Shown: positions 8,270 to 17,650 of the stretch, piece after piece | Layout: each line of letters begins with the position of its first letter | Position numbering within the stretch: the first letter of the stretch is position 1 | Assembly: GCA_965237465.1 (NCBI GenBank) | Contig: OZ250138.1 | Span: forward strand, 23,137 to 87,136 | From: Dehalococcoidia bacterium | GTDB taxonomy: Bacteria > Chloroflexota > Dehalococcoidia > UBA6926 | Direction of reading: 5' to 3' | DNA length: 64,000 nucleotides | Made by a program: the position numbers and the translations under genes | The notes under the pieces: model-generated | Told to the model about the DNA's origin: nothing | Seen by the model: the letters and a program-made list of their open reading frames with translations, nothing else | Databases searched by the model: none

Positions 8270-9610
8270 ATGCTCCGCGCTTCCAGATTGCTAACTCTCT
8301 TGCGGAATTGCGCTCCTGCGCTCCTAATGCTCCTTCTGGCCCTGCTCGCAGCATGCGACTCCGGTAACCCCTGCGCCACGCCGCCTTCTGACTCCCCGAG
8401 GCCAGTACAGCCTGCGGTTGTGCTCTTACCTACCGCTACTGTAGAGCCCACGCCCACGGTGGCGCCCACGCCCACGCCGGTTGTTTCGATGTCCGCCGAA
8501 ACGGATCGCCTGGCGCTGATCGCGCTTTACAACGCGACGAATGGCCCCAACTGGATCGACAATACATATTGGCTGAGCGATCAGCCCATCGACACGTGGA
8601 GCGGCGTTACCATCAACAGCAACGGCCGGGTCACTGCACTGCACCTCGGTCAAAACAGGTTGACCGGTGAGATGCCGATAGAGTTGAGCAACCTCGACAA
8701 ATTGGGAGCGATGATCCTCAGCGGAAACGAGTTGAGTGGATCACTGCCGTCGGAGTTGGGCAACCTGACGAACCTGGGAGCGCTGAACCTCAGTAAGAAC
8801 AGGTTGAGCGGGGAGATACCGCCTGAGTTAGGCAATCTAACGAACTTGTCTGAAATAGCCCTTGGTGACAACGGGTTGACTGGCCCGATACCGCCTGGGC
8901 TGGGCAACCTTGCCAGCCTGAGAAACCTGTACCTATACAACAACGATTTGAGCGGCCCGATACCGCCTGAGCTTGGCAACCTTGCCAGCCTGAGAAACCT
9001 GTACCTATACAACAACGATTTGAGCGGCCCGATACCGCCTGAGCTTGGCAACTTTGCCAGCCTTGAGCAATTGATCCTGTACGACAATCGGCTTAGCGGG
9101 GAGATACCGCCTCAGTTGGGTAATCTCGCCAGTCTCACGTTGTTGAGACTCAATGGCAACGAATTGAGCGGGGAGATACCACCTGAGCTGGGCAACTTCG
9201 CCAGCCTTGAGCAATTGATCCTCTACGACAACGAGTTGAGCGGAGAGATACCGCCTGAGTTGGGGAATCTGCCAATGCTGGTAACGCTGAACCTCTTCAA
9301 TAACGAGTTGAACGGTGAAATACCATCTGAGTTGGCAGGTCTCGCAAACCTGGAGACGCTGTCCCTTGGCGTGAACCACTTTAGCGGGGCGCTGCCGTCG
9401 AGGTTGGCGAATCTCGCCAAACTTGAGGTGCTAAACGTCAGCAGGAACCGGTTGAGCGGGACGATACCTTCGGAGATCGGCAATCTCGCCAACCTGCACG
9501 ATCTGAGGGTTAACGAGAGCGGATTGAGAGGGTGTATACCGGCCAATTTGCAAGCCCAGCTGAGCTCTGTTTCCAAGTTGGGTGGGCTGCCGTACTGCCC
9601 GGCGCCCTAG
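8270..9610 (+). CDS. Leucine-rich-repeat lipoprotein (plant-type 24-residue LRRs)
   Basis: Signal peptide with lipobox LLAAC. There are more than 12 tandem LxxLxLxxNxLSGxIPxELGNLxx repeats. ATG 8270 (MLRAS) is preferred over the GTG at 8258, which abuts the AAGGTAGG RBS. Confidence 0.8.
   Translation: MLRASRLLTLLRNCAPALLMLLLALLAACDSGNPCATPPSDSPRPVQPAVVLLPTATVEPTPTVAPTPTPVVSMSAETDRLALIALYNATNGPNWIDNTYWLSDQPIDTWSGVTINSNGRVTALHLGQNRLTGEMPIELSNLDKLGAMILSGNELSGSLPSELGNLTNLGALNLSKNRLSGEIPPELGNLTNLSEIALGDNGLTGPIPPGLGNLASLRNLYLYNNDLSGPIPPELGNLASLRNLYLYNNDLSGPIPPELGNFASLEQLILYDNRLSGEIPPQLGNLASLTLLRLNGNELSGEIPPELGNFASLEQLILYDNELSGEIPPELGNLPMLVTLNLFNNELNGEIPSELAGLANLETLSLGVNHFSGALPSRLANLAKLEVLNVSRNRLSGTIPSEIGNLANLHDLRVNESGLRGCIPANLQAQLSSVSKLGGLPYCPAP
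8909..9052 (+). repeat. Perfect 2 x 72-bp tandem repeat inside the LRR gene
   Basis: 8909-8980 is identical to 8981-9052 (one LRR unit each, LASLRNLYLYNNDLSGPIPPELGN). A third diverged unit follows. Confidence 0.9.
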
Positions 9611-9963
9611 CAGCTAACCGCTCTCAGAGTGCAGCGACTGTGGGACGAGAGCGGTAGGACCGGGGTTCTCGTCGGGCGTCGCAGACGGAGCGACGGTGGG
9701 GCTTCTTGACTGCTTCGGCGGGTCTCACCCTCTCCATGGGGTGATTGCGGCCATCAGGTCGTGACGCTTGGCCGCTCTTTGCCCAGCGGAACGGCCGCCG
9801 ATTGCTGGCGGCCGCGAAACGTGTCAATTCGCTGGCGTTTCCCCTAGGAAAGTCGCAAGCGTGGCCAACTACGTCGTCAGCGGCAACTGCCAACAGCCAT
9901 GCCTCGCTGCCGCCCGCTGCCGTGCTACTTCGGTCGGCGGCCACACAGCCGCCGGCACGCCCA

Positions 9964-10031
9964 TTGACGTACAATCTTGTATAGAGCCGTGTCGCATTCA
10001 GACTGGACCACGTTTCAAAATGTCGCAATCG
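9964..10031 (+). promoter_or_regulatory. Promoter/operator region of the XRE-TPR gene: TTGACG -35-like box plus TGTCGCA(T/A)TC direct repeats
   Basis: TTGACG sits at 9964. TGTCGCATTC at 9991 and TGTCGCAATC at 10021 (the second overlaps the start codon) are 30 bp apart. The same motif pair recurs at 7941 and 7969. Confidence 0.4.
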
Positions 10032-12014
10032 CGCACGTTTGGCGAACTCCTGTCGACATACATGGCTCGGACGGGCATTGGCGACGCCGAACTCGCGCGC
10101 CGGATCCCGGTCAATCGCCTTACGCTCGTGCGTTGGCGGGAAGGAGTTACAGGCCGGCCGCGCCACCGCAGCGACGTCCTGCGTTGCGCGGAGCTGCTCC
10201 GGCTAACGTCTGAGGAGCGGGATGAACTCCTCGCCGCCGCCGGTTTTCCGCCGGAAGCTGCGCCGGCTGCCGCTGTCCCGCCTGCCTCTCAGCCTTCCGA
10301 GCCTGCCCCGCCCGCTACCGCGCCGCTGCCTTCTCCCGTAACGCCACCCGCCGCGCCGCTTGATCCCATTGCGCCGGTGATAGCCGATGGCGCCGCCATG
10401 TTCGTGCGGCCCCGTCAAGCCGCCAGTCGCCTCAGGCGGATCGTTTTTGTCTCAGCGGCGGTAATGTTAGGTGTGTTGGTTGTCCTGGCGGCAATTGTCA
10501 TCACGACGCGAGACACGCTGACCTACCCCGTAGCCGGAGATGGCGAATCGCTGATCATCCTTGCGCCATTTGAGAACTACACGACAGGCGCGCAGGGATT
10601 CAACGTTGCAGGCCGTCTCCGGGAGGGGATCGATGCCGCTCTAGCTGAGGCCGAACTCCCAAGAACGCGCACCGCGGAATGGCCCACTTCGATCAAGACC
10701 GAGGAAGACGCCGGGCGCGCCGTGGAACGATCCTACGCGGCGTTCATCATCTGGGGCGAATACGATAGCGGGCGTGTTGTGGCCCGCTTTACGATGCCGG
10801 ATGGCCTGGGAACGGGCGGCGCGGATCAGATAGTAGACATTGCATCCACTCCCTCTGAACTGCCGGCGGTGATCAATGTCGGTCTCTCCGGTCAGGTGCA
10901 ACACTTCACCCTCGTCACGCTCGCTGTTTACTATCTGGAACAGAACGACTTTGACATGGCCAAGGCGGTGTTAATCAAGGCCCTGAGCCCTCTGCCATCC
11001 GATTCGGCAGAGCAGTCTCACGTTCTTTATTTGTTGGGGAACGCGTATCTGGGGGGAGCGCTACGCGACTACGATGAGGCGATCTGGCGATTCACGCAGG
11101 TGCTCTCAAACCAGCCTTGGTCCGTGGAAGCATTAAATGGCCGGGCCCTCGGATACCTGGGGCGAGAGCGGGACGGCGACGTCGTTCACGCTTTGATTGA
11201 CCTCGATCGCGCTGTTTCCATCGAGCCGGATCGCCCTGCCACGCACCTGAATCTGGCCGTGGCGTTCATGCAGCGGGGCGGGATTGGCGACACAGACAAC
11301 GCGCTCGGCGCATTGAATGATGCTCTATCGCTGGACGATGGCTATGCGGCGGCGTACGCAAGCCGCGCCGGAGTGTATCTGGCGAGGGACGAAAGCGGGG
11401 ACGTTGAACAGGCCTTTGAAGATGTGGCAATGGCGCTGGAGATTCGGGATGATCTTTCATCGGCTCTTCTGATTTACGGCCACGCCTACATCGCGCGCGA
11501 CAGGCAGGGAGACGTTGCGCGCGCTATTGGGCAATTCACACGCGCGGCGCAGCTTGAACCGGACGCGCCCGCGCCATACTACTATCGGGGTCTCGCTCAC
11601 TCCGCGCGCCAGGACATTCAGACTTCTGTATTGGATCTGTGGCACGCGCAGGGCCTTGACCCCCTGAAAGCGAACTACAGCCGCGCCCTGTGCCTACAGC
11701 TTGGCATTTTCGGACAGGCGGATGAAGCGACGACGCATTGCGATCTGGCGGTTGCGGCAGCTCCCGGAGAACTGACGTCGGACAGCCGCGGAATTGTGAA
11801 TGCGCGCCTAGGTCGATATAAGGAAGCAATCGCTGATTTTGAGGCCGTCCTGGACTGGGCGGACGCCTTCGGCAATCCGGTGTGCGGACAAGACTTTCGG
11901 GAAACACGCCTCAGGTGGATCGATGCGCTTGAGGCCGGCCGGAATCCACTGACGACACGGCTATTGCCAGAACTGCGGCCATTGCCGACGATTCCGGGCC
12001 GCCAACCGTGCTGA
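10020..12014 (+). CDS. Membrane-anchored transcriptional regulator: N-terminal XRE-type HTH, Pro-rich linker, one TM helix, extracytoplasmic TPR domain
   Basis: HTH: RTFGELLSTYMARTGIGDAELARRIPVNRLTLVRWREG. TM: IVFVSAAVMLGVLVVLAAIVITT. There are multiple TPR-like repeats. Start chosen at ATG 10020 (MSQSRTFGELL); the 9768 extension is Cys-rich and implausible. Confidence 0.7.
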   Translation: MSQSRTFGELLSTYMARTGIGDAELARRIPVNRLTLVRWREGVTGRPRHRSDVLRCAELLRLTSEERDELLAAAGFPPEAAPAAAVPPASQPSEPAPPATAPLPSPVTPPAAPLDPIAPVIADGAAMFVRPRQAASRLRRIVFVSAAVMLGVLVVLAAIVITTRDTLTYPVAGDGESLIILAPFENYTTGAQGFNVAGRLREGIDAALAEAELPRTRTAEWPTSIKTEEDAGRAVERSYAAFIIWGEYDSGRVVARFTMPDGLGTGGADQIVDIASTPSELPAVINVGLSGQVQHFTLVTLAVYYLEQNDFDMAKAVLIKALSPLPSDSAEQSHVLYLLGNAYLGGALRDYDEAIWRFTQVLSNQPWSVEALNGRALGYLGRERDGDVVHALIDLDRAVSIEPDRPATHLNLAVAFMQRGGIGDTDNALGALNDALSLDDGYAAAYASRAGVYLARDESGDVEQAFEDVAMALEIRDDLSSALLIYGHAYIARDRQGDVARAIGQFTRAAQLEPDAPAPYYYRGLAHSARQDIQTSVLDLWHAQGLDPLKANYSRALCLQLGIFGQADEATTHCDLAVAAAPGELTSDSRGIVNARLGRYKEAIADFEAVLDWADAFGNPVCGQDFRETRLRWIDALEAGRNPLTTRLLPELRPLPTIPGRQPC

Positions 12015-12025
12015 TTCGATAACGC

Positions 12026-12063
12026 AAGTCGGCCCGGCTGCCCTTCATAGGCAGCCGGGCCGA
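12026..12063. terminator. Bidirectional terminator between convergent genes (16-bp perfect stem)
   Basis: AGTCGGCCCGGCTGCC ttcata GGCAGCCGGGCCGACT. Confidence 0.6.
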
Positions 12064-12146
12064 CTTAGTCTCGCCTTAGAAAGCGACGGCTACGAAGGAA
12101 CCTCCGTCGCGAGAACGAGCGACGACATGTCGCTTATATATCCCCG

Positions 12147-13256
12147 TCAAGTGTTGACGAAGCAAACGTCATGCTTGGGGACCTGGTGACCTTCGGCGCG
12201 TCCCATGAGCTGGCGTACCGCCTCGACAACCTGTGTCGTGCCGGCGGTGGACTGGCCGTTGGAAAGCTGGCCTCCGCCGGTGTTCACCGGGAAATCCCCT
12301 CCCCAGGTCGTGTCGTGCTCCTCGTAGAACGGTCCTGCTGTTCCCTTGGGGAAGAAGCCGGAGTCCTCCAGCGTGATCATCACTGTGATTGTGTAGCAGT
12401 CGTACATCTGCGCCATGTCCATGTCGCGCGGCCCAAGCCCGGCCATCTGGAAGGCGTTCTTGGCGGACACGGTGCACGGGGATGTCGTGATGCGTCCCAC
12501 CCAGTCGACGCCATGCTCCGCTCGCAGGTTGTGCTGCCCGGCGCCGAGCAAATAGACGGGTGGATTGCGCAACGCGCGCGCCCGCTCCGGCGTGGTGACG
12601 ATTGTCGCCGCCGCTCCCTGGGCCGGCATAACGCACTCAAGCAGCCTTAGCGGGTCAGCAACATAGCGGGAATTTAGGATGTCCTCTTCATTGGCGGGCT
12701 GGCCGTTGAAGAAGGCCTTCTCATTCCCCTGCGCGTTGAAACGCTGATCCGCCGCCACGCGCGCCCTCTGAAAGTCCGTCGTGCCGTACTCGAAACCGTG
12801 TCGACGCGCGATCTGCGCGTACCAGCCATTGGCCGCGACAACGGGGCCGAACGGCGTAACAAACTGTGGGTCGACGTGATCCGGCGCCGGCGCGTACATT
12901 CCGGGCGTCGACGAGACGGGCCCGGCGCCATTGATGCACAAGATGGTGTCCGCGTAACCGGCGTTGATGGCCGCCGCGGCCACAGAAACAAAGCTGGCGG
13001 CGTTCTCGTTCAGCGCAGTCGCAAAGTTCGGCTGAATGCCGACATACTCCGCAAAGTCATAGGCGAAGCCCAGGCTCGGCAGACCGAATGGCGGCTCTGC
13101 AATGATGCCGTTGATGTCTTCCTTGCGAATACCTGCGTCGGCTATCGCCCCGGCCGCTGTCTCCGCGTACATCCCCATGAAGTGGCGCCCCGCGTATGAC
13201 CGCCGATGCTGCAGCTCATGGAATCCGGCTATTGCAGCCTTTCCTCGTATCGACAT
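12147..13256 (-). CDS. Third thiolase-fold paralog lacking the Cys nucleophile (no adjacent DUF35)
   Basis: SCP2-thiolase-like N-terminus. The nucleophile position reads NENAASF, with Ala in place of Cys. The C-terminal region is NTGGGQLSNGQSTAG, with no His. Start at ATG 13256 (MSIRGKAAIAG) with GAGGAG RBS. Confidence 0.75.
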   Translation of the reverse strand: MSIRGKAAIAGFHELQHRRSYAGRHFMGMYAETAAGAIADAGIRKEDINGIIAEPPFGLPSLGFAYDFAEYVGIQPNFATALNENAASFVSVAAAAINAGYADTILCINGAGPVSSTPGMYAPAPDHVDPQFVTPFGPVVAANGWYAQIARRHGFEYGTTDFQRARVAADQRFNAQGNEKAFFNGQPANEEDILNSRYVADPLRLLECVMPAQGAAATIVTTPERARALRNPPVYLLGAGQHNLRAEHGVDWVGRITTSPCTVSAKNAFQMAGLGPRDMDMAQMYDCYTITVMITLEDSGFFPKGTAGPFYEEHDTTWGGDFPVNTGGGQLSNGQSTAGTTQVVEAVRQLMGRAEGHQVPKHDVCFVNT

Positions 13257-13433
13257 CTGCGTTCTCCTCAGGCGCGACGCCTCCGTCCTGGCGTCGCATC
13301 GTCCGGACATATCCGCTAATCCGTATGGTGCTGCAACATACCGCCGCTGTCAATGCGCCGACAGCTTCCCCCGCTTGTGGACACGCCCGCCCTCTACTAC
13401 AATCACCTGAGCATCACGAACACATGTGCTTCC

Positions 13434-14132
13434 ATGACTTACCGCCGCGGAAACGAATCGGAGCTCACATACGCCCTCAAGTGGGCCGCGTGGCAGTGGA
13501 TGTATGTCTCAGCCCAGTGCCGCATCATCGGCTTTGAGGTTTCTTTGGAGGGTCCCGGCGGGCGCATTGTTGATCTCGCGGGCATTGGCCCGGATAAGGC
13601 CCTCTACGTGGTTGAAGTAAAGTCCTCGCGCTCCGATTTTCGGCGAGACGACCATGACGGACGCGACCGCGAGCGATTGCGGGAACAGGAAGAGACGCTT
13701 GACCGGGTGTCCGCCTTCGTTGAGGAAACCGCGCGCGAGGCCCAGGGAGAGGAGTCTGCTCAGCAGGCAACGCTTGACGCGGAGCTGATCGAGCGCAGGA
13801 TAACGAACCTTCGCTCCCGCTCAAACAATTTGAGCACCAAGTTCCATGACCCGCGGTTTATCCGTATCGCCGACTACAACTATGTAATGGCCCCGGTCCG
13901 TGCCGTTCGCCGATCGAACCTTCCCCCGCTGTGGGGACTTTTGTCGCCGACCCCGACTCCGAATGTTGTCGTGCAGGCGCCGCGCACGGGCGGCGGCAGG
14001 CCAACTCACATGTATGCGGCTATTCTCAGGGCGATCTCGCGGGCCAACACGCGCGACATGATGCGCGGTCACGGAGTTCAGTGGACGCGCCGCGGAGCTG
14101 AATTTCCTGACTCGGAGAAGGAACCGGAGTAG
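13434..14132 (+). CDS. PD-(D/E)xK nuclease-fold protein, MmcB-like, with a long C-terminal extension
   Basis: RIVDLAGIGPD...YVVEVKSSRSDF matches the D...EVK pattern of MmcB/DUF1052-type nucleases. The start is uncertain (ATG 13434, no clear RBS). Confidence 0.45.
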   Translation: MTYRRGNESELTYALKWAAWQWMYVSAQCRIIGFEVSLEGPGGRIVDLAGIGPDKALYVVEVKSSRSDFRRDDHDGRDRERLREQEETLDRVSAFVEETAREAQGEESAQQATLDAELIERRITNLRSRSNNLSTKFHDPRFIRIADYNYVMAPVRAVRRSNLPPLWGLLSPTPTPNVVVQAPRTGGGRPTHMYAAILRAISRANTRDMMRGHGVQWTRRGAEFPDSEKEPE

Positions 14133-14163
14133 TCGCCGCGACTCTAACTCCCATTGCAGGGCT

Positions 14164-15618
14164 TCAGCTGCCTCCGGAGTGCGGCGGGGATTCGTGATGC
14201 GACTGTCCGTCCTGGTGCGTGATCTTGTACGCCTCACGGTATGCCCGTCGGGGCAGGGCGATCAAGGCGAGACGCCGTTGCCGACTCAGAATCAGAACCA
14301 ACATGATCGCGAACAAATACATGAACGAGAAGACCAGCCGCACGCTCGCCACCGGTATTACAAGCTGTGTCGTAAAGAGGGCCAAAAGCAGCAGAGCGCC
14401 CCGTGGTCCAAGGAAAAGCGGCGCGAGCAGAACGACGGCGAACAGAGATTGCGCCGCTGTCAACAGAACCTCCTGCGCCTGCCGATCATCCAGGGGCAGC
14501 GCGGTCGGACTGCCAACTGATGCCGAGTACACAAGGGGAAGGCTGCCGACCAACAGAGACCACTGATTCACCTTGGCGGAAACGAGGAGGCCTAGCGCTG
14601 AGGCTGAATCGCCGCGGATCGCAAAAATAGACGCAACGACAATCTCCGGCGCCTCTGATGCGAGCGGCGCAATCCACTGAATGAGCAGAAATTCGTCTAT
14701 CCCGATGCTCTTCCCCGTCTCAATCATGCCCTCGGCAAACGGCTCTGCAGAGAGGAAAATGACGGCCGCTGCGAATGCGAAGAGGCCAAGAACAACAGTC
14801 CGGCGGCGTTTTGGAGATAGCCTGCCGATTAACGCCGCGGGCCCCACAAGCTCCGGTTCCACCACCTCCGCCCTTGAACTGAACCACATATACGCGATGA
14901 ACACGCCAATAAGGACAACAGCGTCTAGCAGGTCAATGCGGCCCTTTATGGGAATCGTGAATGCATAGATCGTCGCGGCAGCCAGGAATGACAACTCAAT
15001 GGCCTGGCTCCTGTACAACTGAACGCGCCCATGCGTGTTTTCAAACTGCCCAACGCCCGGCACGCGCCCGGCCATGCGCAGAAAGAGACTCTGACCTCGC
15101 GATTGCCCTGTGGCGGCGGACGGGCTAAGTCGGCGCAGTGCCTTTACCCAAACGATCATTACGATCAACGGCCAGGCTATGCCTATCAGCAGGCGGTTTG
15201 CGCCGGTCATATTGGCCACCGCGTATGCTGTGTACTCCGGGTCAGTCCCGGCTTTCCAGACGAGGCTGAAATCCACAGCGTACTCAGGCAGCACCGTAAT
15301 GATGGCGACAAGCGCGAGAGCGAGTCCGTGCGAAATATCGTGCTCAAACGCCTCTGCGGCCCAAGACAGGAGAAACGCCGAGCTGAGAATTCCCAGGCCG
15401 AAGAAGAAAGACGCGACAAGCGGCTCAACGTGAGCGCCCTGCGTATTGCTCAGAAAGAAAAGGATGATCGCCGGTACAGTGCCTGTCAGGGCGATCACGA
15501 TCAGTATTGGATTGCGCGTGGAGTTGCTGGGCACGGTCCTGAAGCCGGTGAGTCCTTTCGGGCAGATCGCGCCCAAGCCACATCGCGCGTATTCACGGAG
15601 TATACTAGGTTCCAGCAT
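14164..15618 (-). CDS. CaCA-family cation/Ca2+ antiporter-like membrane protein
   Basis: Polytopic membrane protein with two alpha-repeat-like motifs (VLPEYAVD and ASEAPEIVVASIF). The N-terminal boundary is uncertain. Confidence 0.55.
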   Translation of the reverse strand: MLEPSILREYARCGLGAICPKGLTGFRTVPSNSTRNPILIVIALTGTVPAIILFFLSNTQGAHVEPLVASFFFGLGILSSAFLLSWAAEAFEHDISHGLALALVAIITVLPEYAVDFSLVWKAGTDPEYTAYAVANMTGANRLLIGIAWPLIVMIVWVKALRRLSPSAATGQSRGQSLFLRMAGRVPGVGQFENTHGRVQLYRSQAIELSFLAAATIYAFTIPIKGRIDLLDAVVLIGVFIAYMWFSSRAEVVEPELVGPAALIGRLSPKRRRTVVLGLFAFAAAVIFLSAEPFAEGMIETGKSIGIDEFLLIQWIAPLASEAPEIVVASIFAIRGDSASALGLLVSAKVNQWSLLVGSLPLVYSASVGSPTALPLDDRQAQEVLLTAAQSLFAVVLLAPLFLGPRGALLLLALFTTQLVIPVASVRLVFSFMYLFAIMLVLILSRQRRLALIALPRRAYREAYKITHQDGQSHHESPPHSGGS

Positions 15619-15735
15619 GGGATCAGCACAGGACGGGCATCGGCGAGGACGAACGGTGGGCGAGCCCGTCAACGGTGACTCGAACAGACGGCCTTTGGAA
15701 GGCTGCAAGGGCGGGGCATACCCCTTGAGTAGTGA

Positions 15736-17586
15736 ATGAACCCCAGAGTTTTTCGAAATAGCTTTATCTGGCTGTTGGTCGCCGTTGCCTTGGTGGCCAT
15801 CCTTTTCACGCTGCTGCAGAGTTCGGGCGGCTCAAACGACAAGTCGTTGGGCTGGCTCATTGACCAGTCGCGCGCCGGCAACATCGCCTCAATTGAGGTT
15901 TCCGGCGAATCGATGGAAGTAATCACTGTCGATCAGCGCCCATTTAATGTGAACAAAGAGCCGACCGTGTCCGTATTTGAGATGCTGACTGACAGCGGAG
16001 TCGAGATCGGCGAAGGCCTTGGCAAGGTGGATATCAAGCCGAGCGGCAGCGGCGGTCTCGGCAGCATCTTTGGCCTTCTGATCAACTTCCTGCCGCTCAT
16101 ATTCTTTGGCGCAATCCTGATCTTCTTCATGCGGCAGGCGCAGGGCGGAAACAACCAGGCGCTGAATTTTGGACGCAGCCGGGCCCGGATGTTCATGGGC
16201 AATCGCCCGTCCGTATCCTTCTCGGACGTCGCTGGCGTGGAGGAGGCCAAGATGGAGCTGGAAGAGGTCGTTGAGTTCCTCAAGTTCCCTGAGAAGTTCG
16301 CCAGCCTCGGCGCGCGAATCCCGCGAGGCGTGCTTCTTGTGGGACCGCCAGGCGGCGGAAAGACTCTTCTGGCGCGTGCCGTGGCCGGGGAGGCCGGCGT
16401 TCCGTTCTTCTCCATCAGCGGCTCAGAGTTCGTGGAGATGTTTGTCGGAGTGGGCGCAAGCCGTGTCCGGGATCTCTTTGAACAGGCGCGGCGCAACGCC
16501 CCCGCGATCGTTTTTGTGGATGAGATTGACGCCGTTGGCCGTCACCGCGGCGCCGGGCTTGGCGGCGGCCATGATGAGCGAGAGCAGACCCTCAACCAGA
16601 TACTCGTCGAAATGGACGGCTTTGACAGCTCCACCAATGTAATCGTCATCGCCGCAACCAACCGCCCGGACATTCTTGATCCGGCGCTCTTGCGGCCCGG
16701 CCGATTTGATCGCCGCGTCACCGTTGATCTGCCTGACGTGCGAGGGAGGATCGCCATCCTTGATGTCCACGCGCGCGGCAAACCCCTCGATCCCGATATT
16801 GATATGGAAATCGTGGCCAAACAGACGCCCGGCTTCAGCGGCGCGGACCTCGCCAACCTCATTAATGAGGCCGCGATACTTGCCGCGCGGCGCAACAAGA
16901 AACTTGTCATGTACGACGAGCTTGCGGAGGCAGTAGACCGCGTCTTTGCGGGTCCGGAACGCAAGAGCCGCCTCGTTACGGAGCGTGAAAAGCGCGTGAC
17001 CGCCTACCATGAGGCCGGCCACGCAATCGTTGGCCATCTGGTGCCGAATGCCGAACCTGTTCAGAAAGTGACTATCGTCTCGCGCGGCTTGATGGGCGGC
17101 TACACTCGCTTCCTTCCAAGGGAAGAGTCGATGCTGCGCACGCGTTCGCAGCTGGTGGATTCCATCAAGGCGGCGCTTGGCGGCCGCGCGGCGGAGGACG
17201 TTGTCTTTGGCGACGTGTCGACCGGCGCATCCAACGATATTGAACAGGTGACGCGCATCGCCCGCTCCATGGTGACAACTTACGGCATGAGCGACAAGCT
17301 CGGCCCGCTGACGCTGGGCAAGAAAGAGGAAATGATCTTCCTCGGACGAGAAATTTCAGAGCAGCGCAACTATGGCGAGCGCGTCGCCGACATCATCGAC
17401 CAGGAGGTCAATGAAATTGTCTTCGGCTCGTATGACGAGGCAAAGAAGATCCTCAATAACAATCGTCCTGTTCTTGAGCGGCTGGCCAAGTTCCTCATTG
17501 TAGAAGAGACCGCAGAGGGCGACAAACTCCAGAGCCTTCTCGATGACCCCATCGCCGATGAGCCCATTGCGGTAGAGGCAACCTGA
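15736..17586 (+). CDS. ftsH: ATP-dependent zinc metalloprotease FtsH
   Basis: Two N-terminal TM helices, AAA Walker [12 protein letters not shown], and HEAGH zinc site. Confidence 0.9.
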   Translation: MNPRVFRNSFIWLLVAVALVAILFTLLQSSGGSNDKSLGWLIDQSRAGNIASIEVSGESMEVITVDQRPFNVNKEPTVSVFEMLTDSGVEIGEGLGKVDIKPSGSGGLGSIFGLLINFLPLIFFGAILIFFMRQAQGGNNQALNFGRSRARMFMGNRPSVSFSDVAGVEEAKMELEEVVEFLKFPEKFASLGARIPRGVLLVGPPGGGKTLLARAVAGEAGVPFFSISGSEFVEMFVGVGASRVRDLFEQARRNAPAIVFVDEIDAVGRHRGAGLGGGHDEREQTLNQILVEMDGFDSSTNVIVIAATNRPDILDPALLRPGRFDRRVTVDLPDVRGRIAILDVHARGKPLDPDIDMEIVAKQTPGFSGADLANLINEAAILAARRNKKLVMYDELAEAVDRVFAGPERKSRLVTEREKRVTAYHEAGHAIVGHLVPNAEPVQKVTIVSRGLMGGYTRFLPREESMLRTRSQLVDSIKAALGGRAAEDVVFGDVSTGASNDIEQVTRIARSMVTTYGMSDKLGPLTLGKKEEMIFLGREISEQRNYGERVADIIDQEVNEIVFGSYDEAKKILNNNRPVLERLAKFLIVEETAEGDKLQSLLDDPIADEPIAVEAT

Positions 17587-17650
17587 GGGCCGCCAGTCGT
17601 CCACTAGCGACACCCAGTTAAGCTCCAATCCGCCTGAGAGACCCACCGAC

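Noticed and set aside
8909-9052. Possible CRISPR-like repeat array
   Set aside because: Units are 72 bp, contiguous with no spacers and in frame within a coding LRR gene, so this is not a CRISPR array.
8650-9379. Minus-strand ORFs inside the LRR gene with repetitive translations
   Set aside because: Antisense reading of the LRR repeat DNA. Repeats on the coding strand explain the periodicity.
9624-10166. 180-aa minus-strand ORF, plus the 9768 extension of the regulator ORF
   Set aside because: Both overlap the promoter region of the XRE-TPR gene. The long 5' extension is Cys/Arg-rich and unlike the rest of the protein. The HTH-containing ATG at 10020 is the sensible start.
15031-15678. 215-aa plus-strand ORF and neighbours inside the antiporter gene
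   Set aside because: Antisense frames of a membrane-protein gene. No RBS and no motifs.
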